From Vicugna vicugna (lineage: Eukaryota): a stretch of DNA of 64,000 bases. Of this stretch, positions 42,531 through 56,059 are shown in pieces; the stretch's first letter is position 1, and every line of letters begins with the position of its first letter. The DNA is taken from positions 62,001 through 126,000 of the forward strand of contig MU057487.1 in assembly GCA_013265495.1 (NCBI GenBank), given 5' to 3'. The notes under the pieces were generated by a model. That model made no database searches. It saw only the letters and a list, made by a program, of their open reading frames with translations, and was not told the DNA's origin. A program made the position numbers and the translations under genes.

Positions 42531-43789
42531 AGTAGACCAAAAAAAAAAACCCAAACAAAGACAGCCCAGACGGTCTGCCACATAATATGGTCATAGACAC
42601 TGTACCACAGTGCAAAGCTTGTGTGAGAAGGAGGGAAGGGAGGAGGACAAGAAAAAAAAATTCTCAAAAGAAAAAGTAAAAAAATTAATGACAACTATTT
42701 AGACACAGTTTGGTAAATCTCAATAGTTTTACTCATTAGAACAGATCCTTAGCAAAATTACAGCTATAAGCAGATTTTATCCATCAGCCTAGACAAATAC
42801 AGATGTATCTAACTAGGTGTAGAACACTAGCCTACACTTCATATACATCCACTGTGGTGAGATGGTCTGCCTTTGGGGGCCTGCCATGTAGGGGATTCTA
42901 TGCTCTGCTAAGACTTAATTGTGCAAGAACTTCACCAGAAAATTCATAGTTGTTCTTTAGCTCAGGGAATTCAGAGAGATGAGTGAAACAGGAAACAAAA
43001 ATTCTAATGCTTCCTTCCTTAAAAGGAGACCAGAGAAGGCTCTGATGAGGGTAATAGTTTTCTGAACCAGCCTGAGCACCTTTCACTTCAATTTTTAATG
43101 TGATCTGATGGAGTAAGGGGGTATTCTCTCTAAGCACCACACAAAAAAGAGCTTGTGGAATGTAGCAAAAAAAAAAATGGTGGGAACTATTTTACCAGCT
43201 TGTATTGCCTCTTTAAGTGATTTGAGCATTAAGCCCCTGCTTTTCACATAACCCTGGTTCCTAAAAATATAGAAGAAAAGAATTTTCTCCCTTCAACATA
43301 CACTAAGATACTGATTTGCTCTTTGAAGTGGTGGATGGGAAGAATAACCTTTTTGTTGTTTTCAAATCCTTCCCCGAAAAGCAGCTAATTCACATCAGAC
43401 AATCAATATACAAATACTATTGAAGTAGACAGCATTGGATCAGGTGACTTGGACATCACAAACTTAGGATGTGATCCTTAATGCGTTGTGGTGTATTTGT
43501 TGGAGATATATACACATGAAAAGTTGAATTATAACACAAATACTAATTTTTTTAATGTAAGACTACTAAAGTACTTGTCACGGGGCAATGACTGCCAACT
43601 AGAAACAGGAATCATAAAGGTCAGAGGAGGAACGTGTGTTGGTTGCAAGTCCTTCATGACCTGATGTCAGACTCAACCTGTCCAGGTCCTTGGTGCATCC
43701 ATCCAATTCTGACCTTTACAGTTTTAGAGAAGCAAAAGATAAGGATCGCAGAAATCATTTTTCTAAGGTAATTGATAAACATGTATTTT

Positions 43790-44004
43790 TTTGTTTTTAT
43801 TTTTTCAGGTTCTTTTCCATTAGAGCTTACTACAAGAAACTGAATATAGTTCCCTGCGCCATACAGTAGGTCCTTGTTGTTTATCTGTTTTATATATAGT
43901 GATGTATATCTGTTAATCTCAAACTCCTAATTTATCCCTCTCCACCCTTTCTCCTTTGGTAACCACACGTTTGTTTTCTACGTCCATGAGTCTACTTCTA
44001 GGAC
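43790..44004 (-). mobile_element. Short L1 3'UTR insertion
   Basis: Antisense L1 3'UTR with TSD AAACATGTATTTT at 43777-43789 and 44005-44017. Confidence 0.9.
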
Positions 44005-44624
44005 AAACATGTATTTTGCCTTATTCAGGTGCATTTTAGAATAATTGTGCACTTCAGTTTATATGTTTCACATACCACCATATGTAATAAAAATAATGGA
44101 TAAAGAGACAAGTGTGTTATGGTAGTTCTCTAACAAAGAGATGGAAAATAAAAGAGAAAAGAAAATGTCTTGAGTATTTAATGTCCAAAGAGAGACTATC
44201 AAACTTACTAAAATCAAGAGGTAAACCATTTCATGCACCTTAGGTCAATATGAAGGCACAAGTTCATTTATGCTATTTCATAACAGCAGAAATCTGTACC
44301 TTGTAAATTGTTATAATCTATTTGCTCATTACCTTTAGCAGTGAGTATGTGAGTGTAACACCCACAAATTTATCAGGAAAACAGTATTAGTCATGGCAAT
44401 GAATTAATATACATTTAATAATCTCATTTAGTTATCAAATTTTTGAGGCATTAGGTTAGATACATGAGATTGCTTTTGAAAGTAAATATCTTTGGAAGGC
44501 AGTAACATTCCTTCTAGAAAGTGTCATTTATTATCACTTTGAGGAAAGCATTGATTTTCCAGAGTCGTTAATTTTCAATAAATGTCCAGTTCTGTCATAA
44601 GAATAAGGACCAAAGTCTGTTTAA

Positions 44625-45205
44625 AATTTAAGGGCTTAAAAGTTTAAAGGATGCAGGGTCATGTCCTCATCATGTCTCCATTTAATTCACCAATCTGACC
44701 TTTACAAAAATCAGATGGATCATGATGGATGACGGCAGACTCCCTCACAGCCTTCCCAGGACTACGATAACACTCCTGATCTCGAACACAATTCAGTTCC
44801 AGGGTACCTCAGTCATCTGGACATTTCTCAGACCTTCACAGCAAGCCACTATATTTGATAGCATAATAATTGAAACTGAGGATCAAGAAGTTGCAATACT
44901 CTGGATGCGTCAGTAAGGCAAAATGCACACCAGAGAGTTGGAAATCATTCCTTCAAAAAGTCGGAGGCCTGCAGCACCAGTAGTGCTTAGAGATCCTTGG
45001 TCTGAGGTATGCCAGCATATCCCATTAGGAATACCATGTATGTCCCACAACTAAGAAAGCAGCACAGATATTAACAAGCCTCTTTGGATTCTAAAGAACA
45101 TCCACCACTCGAGAATATTGCCTCAACCCATTCACTGGGTAACTTGGAAGATTACCAGCTGTAATTGGACCCCTGCAGCAGTTTCAGCCTCTGGTGCAAG
45201 TGACA
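44625..45205 (+). mobile_element. Fossil class III (ERVL-like) pol / reverse transcriptase fragment
   Basis: Frame-hopping translation LKDAG..SPFNSPI*PLQKSDGS*WMTAD..HYI/DSIIIETEDQEVA..PTTKKAAQILTSLFGF matches ERVL RT motifs. Confidence 0.85.
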
Positions 45206-45689
45206 ATGCCTTTGTAACCTGCATTCTCTTGTTAACTTAGGTCTTTGGCTCAACATGATGTTTTTGAATTACGTTCACGTTGGGGAACGTAAGTTCAATT
45301 GTTTTTGTTTTTGTACAGTTTATTTCGCTGTTTGACTATCTCATATTTTATAAATTTTGTTGTTAGTAGACAGATGAATTATTTTCAAATGGTCCCATTA
45401 CAGACAGTGGAGCTATTCACAGCCCGATATGGACATCCTGCTGGGCATTTTCATGCATTTCTCTGCAGGATATAACTAGAACTGCTGGACAAGAGAGTAT
45501 GTTCATAGTCTACTTGTTCTTTAAAGGATATTCAAAATAGGGGAAAAAATAACCCTTACTAGGGCGCAATCCAGTGTGGACAGCATCTTCCCAACCTCTA
45601 CTTTCTCTCCCTCTACAACCTCTACATGGCCTGTTTCCAATGTGAGAATTTTAGTTCTGGGTGGGAAGGAAGGCAGAGGCTTTTGATTC

Positions 45690-45900
45690 CTCTTAGAGTA
45701 TCTCCTGTATTTTCTCCTTCAAGTATGTAATCTCCGTAAGTTTTCTCTTCTTCAACAAACAAATGAACCCAATTCCTTTAGTTATTTCTTCATAGAGGCT
45801 ATTTCCCATGCCTCTAACTATTTCCACTACTCTCTTCTGGACTGTCCGCCAACGTTTCACACCTAGGGTGAGCTTGTAATGTATTGTCCAAAGCAGGTCA
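45690..45900 (-). mobile_element. CR1/L3 LINE ORF2 C-terminal fragment
   Basis: RTVQKRVVEIVRGMGNSLYEEITKGIGFICLLKKRKL resembles the CR1 motif ERVQRRATKMIRGL..SYEERLKELGLFSLEKRRL. Confidence 0.8.
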
Positions 45901-47809
45901 ATTTTGAGAATGAAAAGAGGTGTTAAAATAATTAACAGCATCCACTGATCTACAACAGATGTAAGCAAGATCCATCTTAGGCAAACCAGAAGGTACTGTG
46001 ACCTTATTCATATCACACTTTATACGTGTGTTCTCACACCAAATAAGGAATGCTTCTGGAGGACTGGCACATATTAAGTATTAAAGAGAAGCAGTTGGCT
46101 ACCTGACAAATTCCCATTTACAATCTCAGTCTGAGAGCCATTATTATGAATTTATTATGTCTAAGTAACAGCACATAATCACATTCCTAAACAGCAAGAA
46201 CAAAACGTTGGTCTCTTAGCAGTAATGATCTGATGCTAACCAGGTTTCAACTGTATCCTTTAGGGAAATTGTGACTGCATATTTGATCTTCAATTTAGCA
46301 ACAGACACACATCGCATGGTAATTTAGTTTTCAAAGGAGATTTTTCAAAAGTATTAGCTGGTTGCTAAGTAACGATGGGAAAGTTTTGCTAACTTCCCTT
46401 GTATTTACTAGCTTCAGAAAACAGTTCTTTTTTACATAGGACGTGTTTGACAATTTGTACTTGGAAAGTTGAAACTGTGACATTTTTCTACCAGGAGAAA
46501 TATGCAAAACAAAACTATTTTAGGCACAAAGACATTTCACAGGGTTAGTATTTGTTTGTGTAGAACAGTCTATAATGCATCTCATTGTTTAGCAAAGTAA
46601 AATATCTGGATAAAAAAGTAAAATGTTTGGGAAAAAAATTTAACTGCCTCAGAAATACTTGGATTTTCTCAATTAGATAATAATAATAGAAGTTGTCATT
46701 TAATGAGAAGCTCAGTGGTGGGTACTGAGGTTCAAACTTTGGCTACATTAGCTAATAAAACTCCTTTAATTTTCTTAACTAGAAATTATGATCCCATTTT
46801 TCTGGTTAAGATACTGACACTCAAATGGTGAAGTAAACTCTTTCTCTGTTACAAGTGAAAAAGTGGCTGAGCCAGTATTTAAACCCAAAGCTTTTTGACT
46901 CCAAAGGCTTTTTGTTTTTTTAATAAGATATTTGGAAGACTTTGATTTTGTTTGCTACCACATAAAAGATGCTATAAAAGTTCAAACATTAAGCTAATAG
47001 AGACAACAAACGTATTACTAAGACTTGAGGATATTAGGTTATCAAAACAATTCAAAATAACGTAAGCAGAGATTTGGGGGCTCACTTTAGAAAATGATCT
47101 ACACCTTCCTAGAAAATATATTTCTAAACTAAAAAATATTTTAAATTAATATTTAAGCACTAACAAGGGTGACAATCTAAGAAGAAGAAAAAATACTATT
47201 TTTAAATAATTATTGAATTTCATATTCTTGGGAAGTCAATTTAAACAATGTCAATTTAGGAAAAATATGTATTAATATGTAGAATAATGTAGATAATCAA
47301 GTAGGAGGAATTGAATGCCCAGATCCACAGAGGTAAGATATTTTTCTCGTTACCTTTCAAGTCCATCCAATTTTTGTTATGACAACAGTTCACTTTGGTG
47401 GATAAACTTTTAGCTCATCTTGTATTTTGGTATTTTAAGTTAGTTTAAAAGTAAGATAAATAAAAGAAAGTAGGTCAGACGGTAAGATTAGGAAAAAAAC
47501 ATGGTGATTAATCTATGGAAATTAGGTGGAAAGGACAAAAGGGAAGAGAAAAAAATTCTTGTGCATGATGGGCAATAGCATCAAAGTTTGATATTATCCT
47601 GAAGCAGAAAACTTTAAATCATTGGAATAATGTTCCTGTATAACCAAACCTTTTCAAGATACATTGAAAGCAGAATCTTTAAAAATTATTCTTTTTCATT
47701 GTTCTTCTGCTAATTGCTCATCATGCGTAAGTTTTTTCTCTTCCATTTTATCCTTTCATCTAATTTCCGCATAATTTCCATAAGTTAATCACCATTTTTC
47801 TCTAATCTT

Positions 47810-48340
47810 TTTTTTTAAAATAGAATTGACTGTTTTAGAGCAGTTTCAATTCCACAACAGAATTGAGCAGAAAATACAGAGTTCGCACATAGCCCTCCCC
47901 ACCAACACGTATACACTCCCCTACCCTCAACATCCCTTATTAGTGAGGCATATTTGGTACAATCGATGAACCAACATGGACACATTATTATCAACCAAAG
48001 TCCATAGTTTACATTAGAGTTCACTCTTGATGTTGTACATTCTATGGGTTTTGACAAATGCATAATGACATGCAGCCACCACTATAGTATCATACAGATT
48101 AATTTCATTGTTCTAAAAATCCCTTGTGCTCTATCTTTTCATTCCTCCCTCCCTCTCCCCAAATCCCTGGAAACCATGATCCTTTTATTGTTTCTGTAGC
48201 TTTTCCTTTTCCAGAATGTCTTTTGGTTGGAATCGTACAGTTTGTAGCCTTTTCAGACTGGCTACTTTCATTTAGTAGTATGTCTTTTTCATTTCTTCTA
48301 TGTCTTTCATGGCTTGATATTTCTTTCTTTTTTTTTTACT
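47810..48340 (-). mobile_element. Old L1 (L1MC1-like) 3'UTR
   Basis: ttttagagcagttt...gagcagaaaatacagagtt...aaagtccatagtttacattag. Confidence 0.85.
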
Positions 48341-48429
48341 GAACATATTTTTTTTAACGTACATATATGTACTGTTCATTGTTTCTAAGAACGTTTAGAG
48401 CTTTAGCTTTTTAGCTTACGTAGTTATCA

Positions 48430-48995
48430 AAGGAATAAAGCAAACCACAAAATAAGAATTAACTCAAAAAGATACACAAATCCTGCCATTAACAGCAATG
48501 TTATTTATAATTGCCAAGATATGGAAGCATCCTTAGTGCACATCAATAGCTGAATAGATAATGAAGATGCAGCATATATGTATAGATAGATATAGATATA
48601 GATATGATGGAATACAACTCACCCATAAAAAAGAAAGATTTTTTGCCATTTGCAGCCCTTCATTCACTTTTTTTTTTTCATTTCAAAAACCAGAAATTTA
48701 TAACTGGCAGAGACATTTTCATTACAACAAAAACACCAAAATACCTAGAAATAAACTTAACCAAGAAAGTTACCTATACTCTAAAAACTGAAATGACACA
48801 AAGAAATGGAAAGATTTCTTGTACTCTTTGATTGGAAGAATCAACACTATCAAAATGACCACACCACCCAAAGCAATTCACAGATCCCATGCAATCCCCA
48901 TCAAAATACTCGTGACATTCCTCAGAGAACTAGAACAAACAATTCCACATTTTTTAAGGAACCACAAAAGACCCCAAACAGCCAAAGCAATCTTT
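48430..48995 (+). mobile_element. Two out-of-order L1 ORF2 fragments
   Basis: A C-terminal piece (MEYNSPIKK..LPFAA) precedes a mid-ORF2 piece (YSLIGRINTIKMTTPPKAIHR). Confidence 0.85.
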
Positions 48996-48996
48996 T

Positions 48997-50531
48997 GTAG
49001 GTCTCTTTTTTTTTTCCCTCTTTCTTCTTTTTGTTTTCTTTTCTTAAGGTTTGATGACTAGAGAAGGTCCTTTAACATTTGTTGTAAAGCTGGTTTGATG
49101 GTGCATTAAATTTTTTTGTTTATCTGTGAAGCTTTTGATTTCCCCATCAAGTCTGAATGAGAGCCTTGCTGGATAGAATATTCTTGGTTGTAAGTCTCCC
49201 CCTTGCATCACTTGAAATATATCATGCCACTCCCCTCTGGCCTGTAGTTTGTGCTGAAAAATCAGCTGATAACCTTACAGGAGTTTCCTTGTATGTTATT
49301 TGTTGCTTTTCTCTTGGTAGTTTTAATATTTTCTCCTTATCCTTAATTGTTGTCATTTGATGACTGTGTGCCTTGATGTGTTCCTCTTTGGGTTGATTCT
49401 ATATGGTACTCTCTGTGCTTCCAGGACTGGAGTGACTGTTTCCTTTCCCAAGTTGGGGAAGTTTTTGGTTATTATATCTCCAAAAATTTTCTCAGGTCTT
49501 TTCTATCCCTCTTCTCTTTCTAAGACCCCTATAATTTGAATATAAGAGTGCTTCATGTTGTCCTAGAGTTCTCTTAAACTATCCTCATTCTTTTTTTCTT
49601 TTTTCTGTTCTGAAATAGTGATTTCCACTAATATGTCTTCTAGCTCACTGATCCATTCTTTTGCCTCATTTAGTCTATTCTTGGTTCCTTCTAGTGTGTT
49701 GTTCATTTCGCTAATTTTATTCTTCAACTCTGTTTGGGTATTCTTTATATTTTCCAACTCTTTGCTAAAAACTTCACTCTGTGCTAAAAACTTCACTCTG
49801 TGCATCTATACTCCTCTTGAGTTCTCTGAACATCTTGGCCATCATTACTTTAAACTCTTTCTCAGATAAACTACCTATCTCCTTATCACTTATTTCTTCT
49901 TCTGAGATTTTACCGTGTGCCTTGGCCTGGGAGATATTCCTTTGCTGCCTCATATCGTCTATCTTTCTGTGTTTGTGGATTCCTTCCACAGGCTTTAGGA
50001 TTGTTGTTTTCTAATTTCTGGTGTCTGCCCTAGTGGGTGAGGCTGGTCTAGAGGCTTATGCAGGTTTCCTGGCAGGAGAAGCCAGTGCCTGCCCACTGCT
50101 GGGTGAAGCTTGGTGCTGGACCTCTGGTGGGTGGGGCTGTGTCTAGAGGCCTTTGTATCTTAGGAAGTTTGATGGGTGGGACTGTGTTCCCACCCTGTAT
50201 GTTGTTTGGCCTGAGGCTTCCCTACAGGCTGTTGGGGGGCTAGGTCTTGGTGCTAATGATCCAATCAAGATGTCAGCCTCCAGGGAAGATCATGTAGATA
50301 ACACTCCTGGAATGTCTGCCACCAGCTTTTATGTCCCCTGAGTGAGCCGCAGCGGTCCCCCACGTCCCCAGGAGACCCTCCAAATCCAGCAGGCAGGTCT
50401 GGCCCAGGTTCCCATGAAATCACTGCCTCTGCCCTTGGACCTGGTGCGTGAGTTTCCGTGTATGCTTCTCAAGTGAATGGAGTCTGTTTCCCCCAGTCCT
50501 GTGAGGCTCCCAAAGCCAAGCCCCAGTGGCC
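48997..50531 (-). mobile_element. L1 5'UTR fragment and decayed ORF1
   Basis: MRQQRNISQAK...LSEKEFKVMMAKMFREL...KELENIKNTQTELKNKISEMNNTLEG..RL.EAKEWISELED is the L1 ORF1p coiled coil. Confidence 0.92.
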
Positions 50532-51711
50532 TTTTCTCTAATCTTCTTACCCTCTGGCCTACCTTCTTTTATTTATCTTACTTTTTAACTTCTAGCAAAT
50601 TCTTTTGAAATGCCAGAACCACATTAGCTATCTTTCTTTCTTCACAGTAAAGCGATCTTTTACTAGAAATAAAGGTCATGCTTTAAAAAACTATATTTAT
50701 TTTGAACTTTAGCCTTATTGAGGATAAATACAAAATTAATTACTATGGTATAAGAAAAAAAGTTTTCAATAGTCAAATTACATATAAATTCCCAAAGGTA
50801 ATACATGCCACATCTTCAGTGGAAAATATTAAAAATGTCAAGATAACTTTTCCATTCACTGTCTGGATATGATTCTTCTATTGCTAGCTAAGCTAAAGAT
50901 AACAAATGAAGGCAACTCAGGGCAGTATTACTAACTTAGTGTCTCCACATCAAGAATGATAGATTTCTGAGAAACTTAACATAATTTTAAAAAGAGATGT
51001 TAGGTTGCATTTTTCTCAATTTCTGAAAATTGTAAAGGAATAAAATAAATTTAATTGTCTGGTTCTGCAAAAGGAATATTATTTCAGTCCCTAACCAGTA
51101 AAAATTTGATTTTGACTGACTTAAAGATTTGGTTTTTACAAATCCTAAAGAGAATTGTGCATTGTTTTCACTAAAATGGCAAACTCTTTTCCTGTTTAGG
51201 ATGTGTGTGTGCTGATTAATAACAGTAGAAGAAAAGTAAACCATTAGAAGAGTGATGAGGTAGACAATAAATAATGACCTTTCAGTGAAGTTTGGCCCTG
51301 TGTGTGTGAGCGCGTGGACTGAAGAGCCCTACGCGCCTGAGGATGGAGAAGAGGGAGCGCTCTGGTTGTGGGAAAGGGCAGACACGAGCAGCTCCAGATC
51401 ACAAGGATGCGGATGAGAACAGTGGCTACTAGGAGGTCGCCTCAGGGGTCAGAATGACAGGAGGACATTTAATGCTTGAAATAAAAAGATAAGTGGCCTA
51501 CTGACTTACCATTATTTAAGCCTGAATTTTAAAGTATTCACTAAGTGTCAACTAGGTGCATAGCCAACATGTCAAAGCACTAATAGTCTTGTGGAATGCA
51601 GAGGTTTTGTCCATGGTTACCATCTAAGATTAGTCCAAACCCTGCTTCTATTTCTTAGGTGTTTGCAGAAAAAGCAAAAAAAAGAAAAAAAAGAAAAAAA
51701 CTCCTCTAGAT

Positions 51712-51910
51712 TCGGGGTCAGCAAATGGGCCATTCACCGTTTTCGTAAATGAAGCTTATTGGAACTCAGACAGGTCCACTCACCTGTGTACTGTCTATGG
51801 CTATTTCCACACTACAAGGGCAGAGTTGACTCATCACACAGAGACCAAATGGCTTCCAAGCCTAAAATATTTTTCATCTTACCCTTTAAGAAAATGTTTG
51901 CTCACCACAG
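51712..51910 (+). mobile_element. MER58A-type hAT MITE
   Basis: ggggtcagcaaa...ttattggaac...ctgtctatggct...ggcagagttga...aagcctaaaatattt...aaaatgtttgct. Confidence 0.85.
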
Positions 51911-51919
51911 CTCTAAGAC

Positions 51920-52130
51920 CAGGGTTTCTTAACCCCAGCACTATTGACACTTTGGGCCACATAATTCTTTATTTTGTGAACTTTTCCTGTGCATTGTAGG
52001 GTGTTTACCAGCATCTATGGTCTCTACCCACTAGACGCCAGTAGCACTTCTGCAGTTGTGCCAACCAGAATGTCTCCAGATGTCTCCAAATGTCCCCCAG
52101 GGATAGTATCACCCTGACTGAGAACTACTG
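51920..52130. mobile_element. MER20-type hAT MITE
   Basis: cagggtttcttaacc..gcactattgacactttgggcc..cctgtgcattgtagg..ctctacccactaga..tgagaactactg. Confidence 0.9.
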
Positions 52131-54444
52131 CCCTAGCCAAGTACCATTTTCTAAACTCCATACAAACTTCTGACACAAGTAGCTTTTCCATGTTCACCTA
52201 CACGGCAACATATGAAGAAGCCAACATGAAGAAATTGTTATTGAAAATATAGAAATAATCAAAAAAGAACTTCTACAAGCTCTTGCTTCCACTTCTACCC
52301 AACAAAACATACCTGGACTCATATGCTCTTCCTTCCCTCTCTCACAGTATGTCAGTCCTAATGTCTAAGGCTAAGTCCTCCATCTCTGCATGATCTTGTC
52401 CCCTCTTATATACTCAAAGGCACCACTTCAGCAAGTCCCACCTCTCCTCACTGTGTCACCAATTTTTCTTTCTTTACTGGATCAGATATGTCACTAACAC
52501 TTATGCTAATATTTCTCTCACCTTAAAACAAACTAACTAAACCTCTCTCTTTCTCACATCACCTTCTATTTGTTGTTCACATTTCTTTAATACCATTTGT
52601 GGCACAACTTCTTGTGAGATATGAATCTTCAGATTCAAAAATTATAATGAATCCCAACAGGATAAATAAAGAATCTATACCTAGATCTATCATAATGGAA
52701 ACAAAGAGTACCAATGACAAAGAGTTTATCTTAAAAGCAAACAGAGAAAGAGAGAGAAAAGATAATCTATGAAAGAAAGATAATTACCGACAGCTGATTT
52801 CTCATAGCAAAGATGGGAGCCAGGAAATGGCTGATGTACTCTGAAGTAATCTGGGGAGTACTGCCTACCCACAAGGCCTCCTACTGAAGAATTCTCACCT
52901 TCTGTGGTGCTGATTCATTTGCATCATCTTTAAAATAGGGACAATGACGGTAGCATTGTCATTGTTTATCTTACAGCACAATGAATAGGTATTAATTCCT
53001 AGCACTTTAGTCATAAGGCTAATTTTTTCTTGGTCAACCTGGACTTCCTAACCACATGACCACTTTTCACATTATTATAAATATATTTGTCATTAAATAA
53101 ATGTGGTCATTAAATAAATGTGTTAGTATTAAAGGAAAAAGCAATTGAATACACAAAAATGTCATGAGTAATAAAATATTCTGGGACCAATATTATACTT
53201 GAACCGTTTATTATACAAATTTACAAATTGTGAACAAATTGGCTTTTTACCTAACCATATGTGGTAAAAACTTTTGATTTATTAGTATTAAATCAGTGGT
53301 TATTTATAATCAATACCTGAGGCAATTCCAGACAATCAGATAGGCTGTGACATGTAGCTGAATATGTTTTAGAAAATGAAATTATTTAGCAAAGTCACTT
53401 GTCAAGAGCTAGCAATGTGATTGTAACATAAATGTATTACATTTGTGCTTGATAAGATTCAAAAATTTTTGATGTTTATTAAATATCTGTATCTTTAGAT
53501 AAGTAGAAAGATATTTTAAAAGGTACCTATTTTATGTTTTATTATTTATGTGGCAAAAGTGGAATTTTTTCTCTCCTTTCTTCTCAAAATTTTTCACTTA
53601 ATAGGTGTGCACACACACATGCACACACACTTTTCCCACTGATCCCTTCAGGCTCTGGTCCATCCTAAAACAGAGTAGTATAAATGAAATTTTAGACTTT
53701 GGCAAAGCATAGAAAAGATTCAGAGACCCATACAGATTATGCTATAAGAAATGGTCTATTAGGAAGAAAAACATCTGTCAGTCTCACAAATGTTTCTCTT
53801 TGAAAACTAAAGGAATCAAACTCTGTCTACTTAGGAAATAACTAAATGGAAACAGGTAGTCTGGCCACAACATGTATGCTGCTAACAACTGATAGATAAC
53901 TCATATAGATGTAAAGGAGTGACTCTGGAAGGAAAGATGGGGAAAGCTTTGTCCATGCTGAATTGTGGTACTTGCAGGCCATCCAGGAGACGTTAACTGG
54001 AAGACAGTTGGGTCAATCACTATAGTATTTAAGGGAGGTTTAAGTTTGGAAGTCACCAAATCAGGTGTGCCTAAGGGTGAAAAGTGAATGTAATTATCCA
54101 GTTAATGGTCAGAATGAGCGGAAAGAGGGCCAAGGATGAAGCTCTGGTGTGCCCCGGGATTAGAGAAGAGCCCTGGCACTGAGAAGGAGCACTTACTCAT
54201 TCACTGATACGTGTTTGTGTGCCTGCTCTGTGTGATGCAGGAGCTTGGTAACGGGAAGACAAATAAGACAAAGCCCATGCCCTTGAGAAGTCCAGTTAAC
54301 AGCAGCCAAAATAAATTAAAGGAAAAGTAGGAGGAAGTACTTAAGGGAAGGTTCGGGCAGCAAGAGTTTCAAGAGTCAGAGTTTAAGTACAATAAGGACA
54401 GAAGAATTTCCTAATAGAATTGCAATCAGATTTTTGCTATTTTA

Positions 54445-54600
54445 CAGCAAGGATCTACTATATAGCACAAGGGAACTGTATTTGATATGTTGGGAAAAGA
54501 ATCTGAAAAAGAATACACACATATATGTATGCATAACTGAATCATTTTGCTGTAGACCTGAAACTAACACAATATTGTAAATCAACTCTACTTTAATCAA
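54445..54600 (+). mobile_element. Short L1 tail
   Basis: atatagcacaagggaact...gaaaagaatctgaaaaagaata...cctgaaactaacacaatattgtaaatcaact. Confidence 0.8.
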
Positions 54601-56059
54601 TCATCAATTGTCAATAAAAATAAAAGGTCTTTGCTGAGAAAGGTTTCTTTTCCATTGCTGCAGGGAAATTAAATTCCTCAAGGTGGCTAGTGAATGACAC
54701 ATGAACGAATTAACACAGAGTGAGGGTAAATCATTCTTTCAAGGGCCTTGATTTCATGGTTTCTTGGTTTTATGAAGAGCCAAGAGATATGATGGGATGG
54801 AGGAAGGGAGGAGGGCAGTGAAGCACGAATAGAGGTTTCTGTTTACTTTAAGATGAAGAAGACAACCGTATATACAAGCTGAGAGAACGTTTAGCATGGA
54901 GACAGGATTTGAATGTAGAAAGCAATAAATGCTGGTTGGAGGAGCGTATTTCCCCTAAGGGGTAGGAGAGAAAGTTGGGATCCTGAGCATGTACAAGAAA
55001 TTAACTTTGTAATCAACTAGCAATCGTATTTGAAGGGAAAACAAGAGGAACAAAGATAAGTACACATTCAGAAAAAGTTAGAATAAATCTGGGAGGAAAA
55101 TGCTGGATTGTAGTACTGTGTCTTGTTTCCTGTGATGTTTGAAGCAAGTTTTCCCGCTGACAGTGAAATAATAGAGATGTTCTGGACAGTTAGGGAATAC
55201 AGAGTGGCTGAGTAGCTCTGCTTGTCCTTTGGTGTTTTGTCTAGAAAACAGCTTTTTGGCCTTGACCCTCAGTGGGAACAGTAAGCTGAAAGTTTCCGCA
55301 CACCCTTTGATACCAGGAGTTCCTAGCTTGCCCAGTATATCTCTGTAAGGTGGCTCCTGCAACTCCGTGGAAGTATTGATTAAAGGTGAAAGCACATCGG
55401 ATTAATGGTAGAGAGTGGCAATGTGAATGCAGCAATACAATAAAGAGATACTATTTTAGGAGGTTATTTTAAGAAGTAAATACCCCATTAACCTAAGACT
55501 TAACTGTCTTCAAGTTCTCAGCTCCAGTGGCCCTTATAACTAACTTGCTATTCGTATCAAAGATCCAAAGTTTGACAATAATGCAGTGTTTAAAGCTCAT
55601 TTCTGTATAAACATTATTTCCACTCACTGGCTTTCCAGAAATGTTTGGTTGAATAGGAAAGACAGGAGAGGATGTTAGAGTCAACACGAAGAGAATGGTG
55701 AACGACCCAAGTCTGTTTCTGTGCCACACTCACTAAAGGGTGACTATCACTGCGGAGCCGTTTACTGTTGCAGGATTATCAATTATTGAAAGTGCTTGTG
55801 AGTTGTGATGTTGTAATCAGGTTTTTTATTTTTAATTTTACACATGGCTAAATTTTTAATGCAGAAGAAGGCAAAGATAAATGAGGAAATTGAGTGTTAG
55901 ATCCACTCTGCAGCACATAAATGAGATTAATGCTCTGAACAATTCTGTTTGTTAAAACGCACAATTTTGATGATCAAATTAAGAGCAGACAAAACAAAGC
56001 ACAGGCAAAAATTTCAGACCCCTCTGTAGGTTAATGATAATAAACTCTGTGAATGGACA

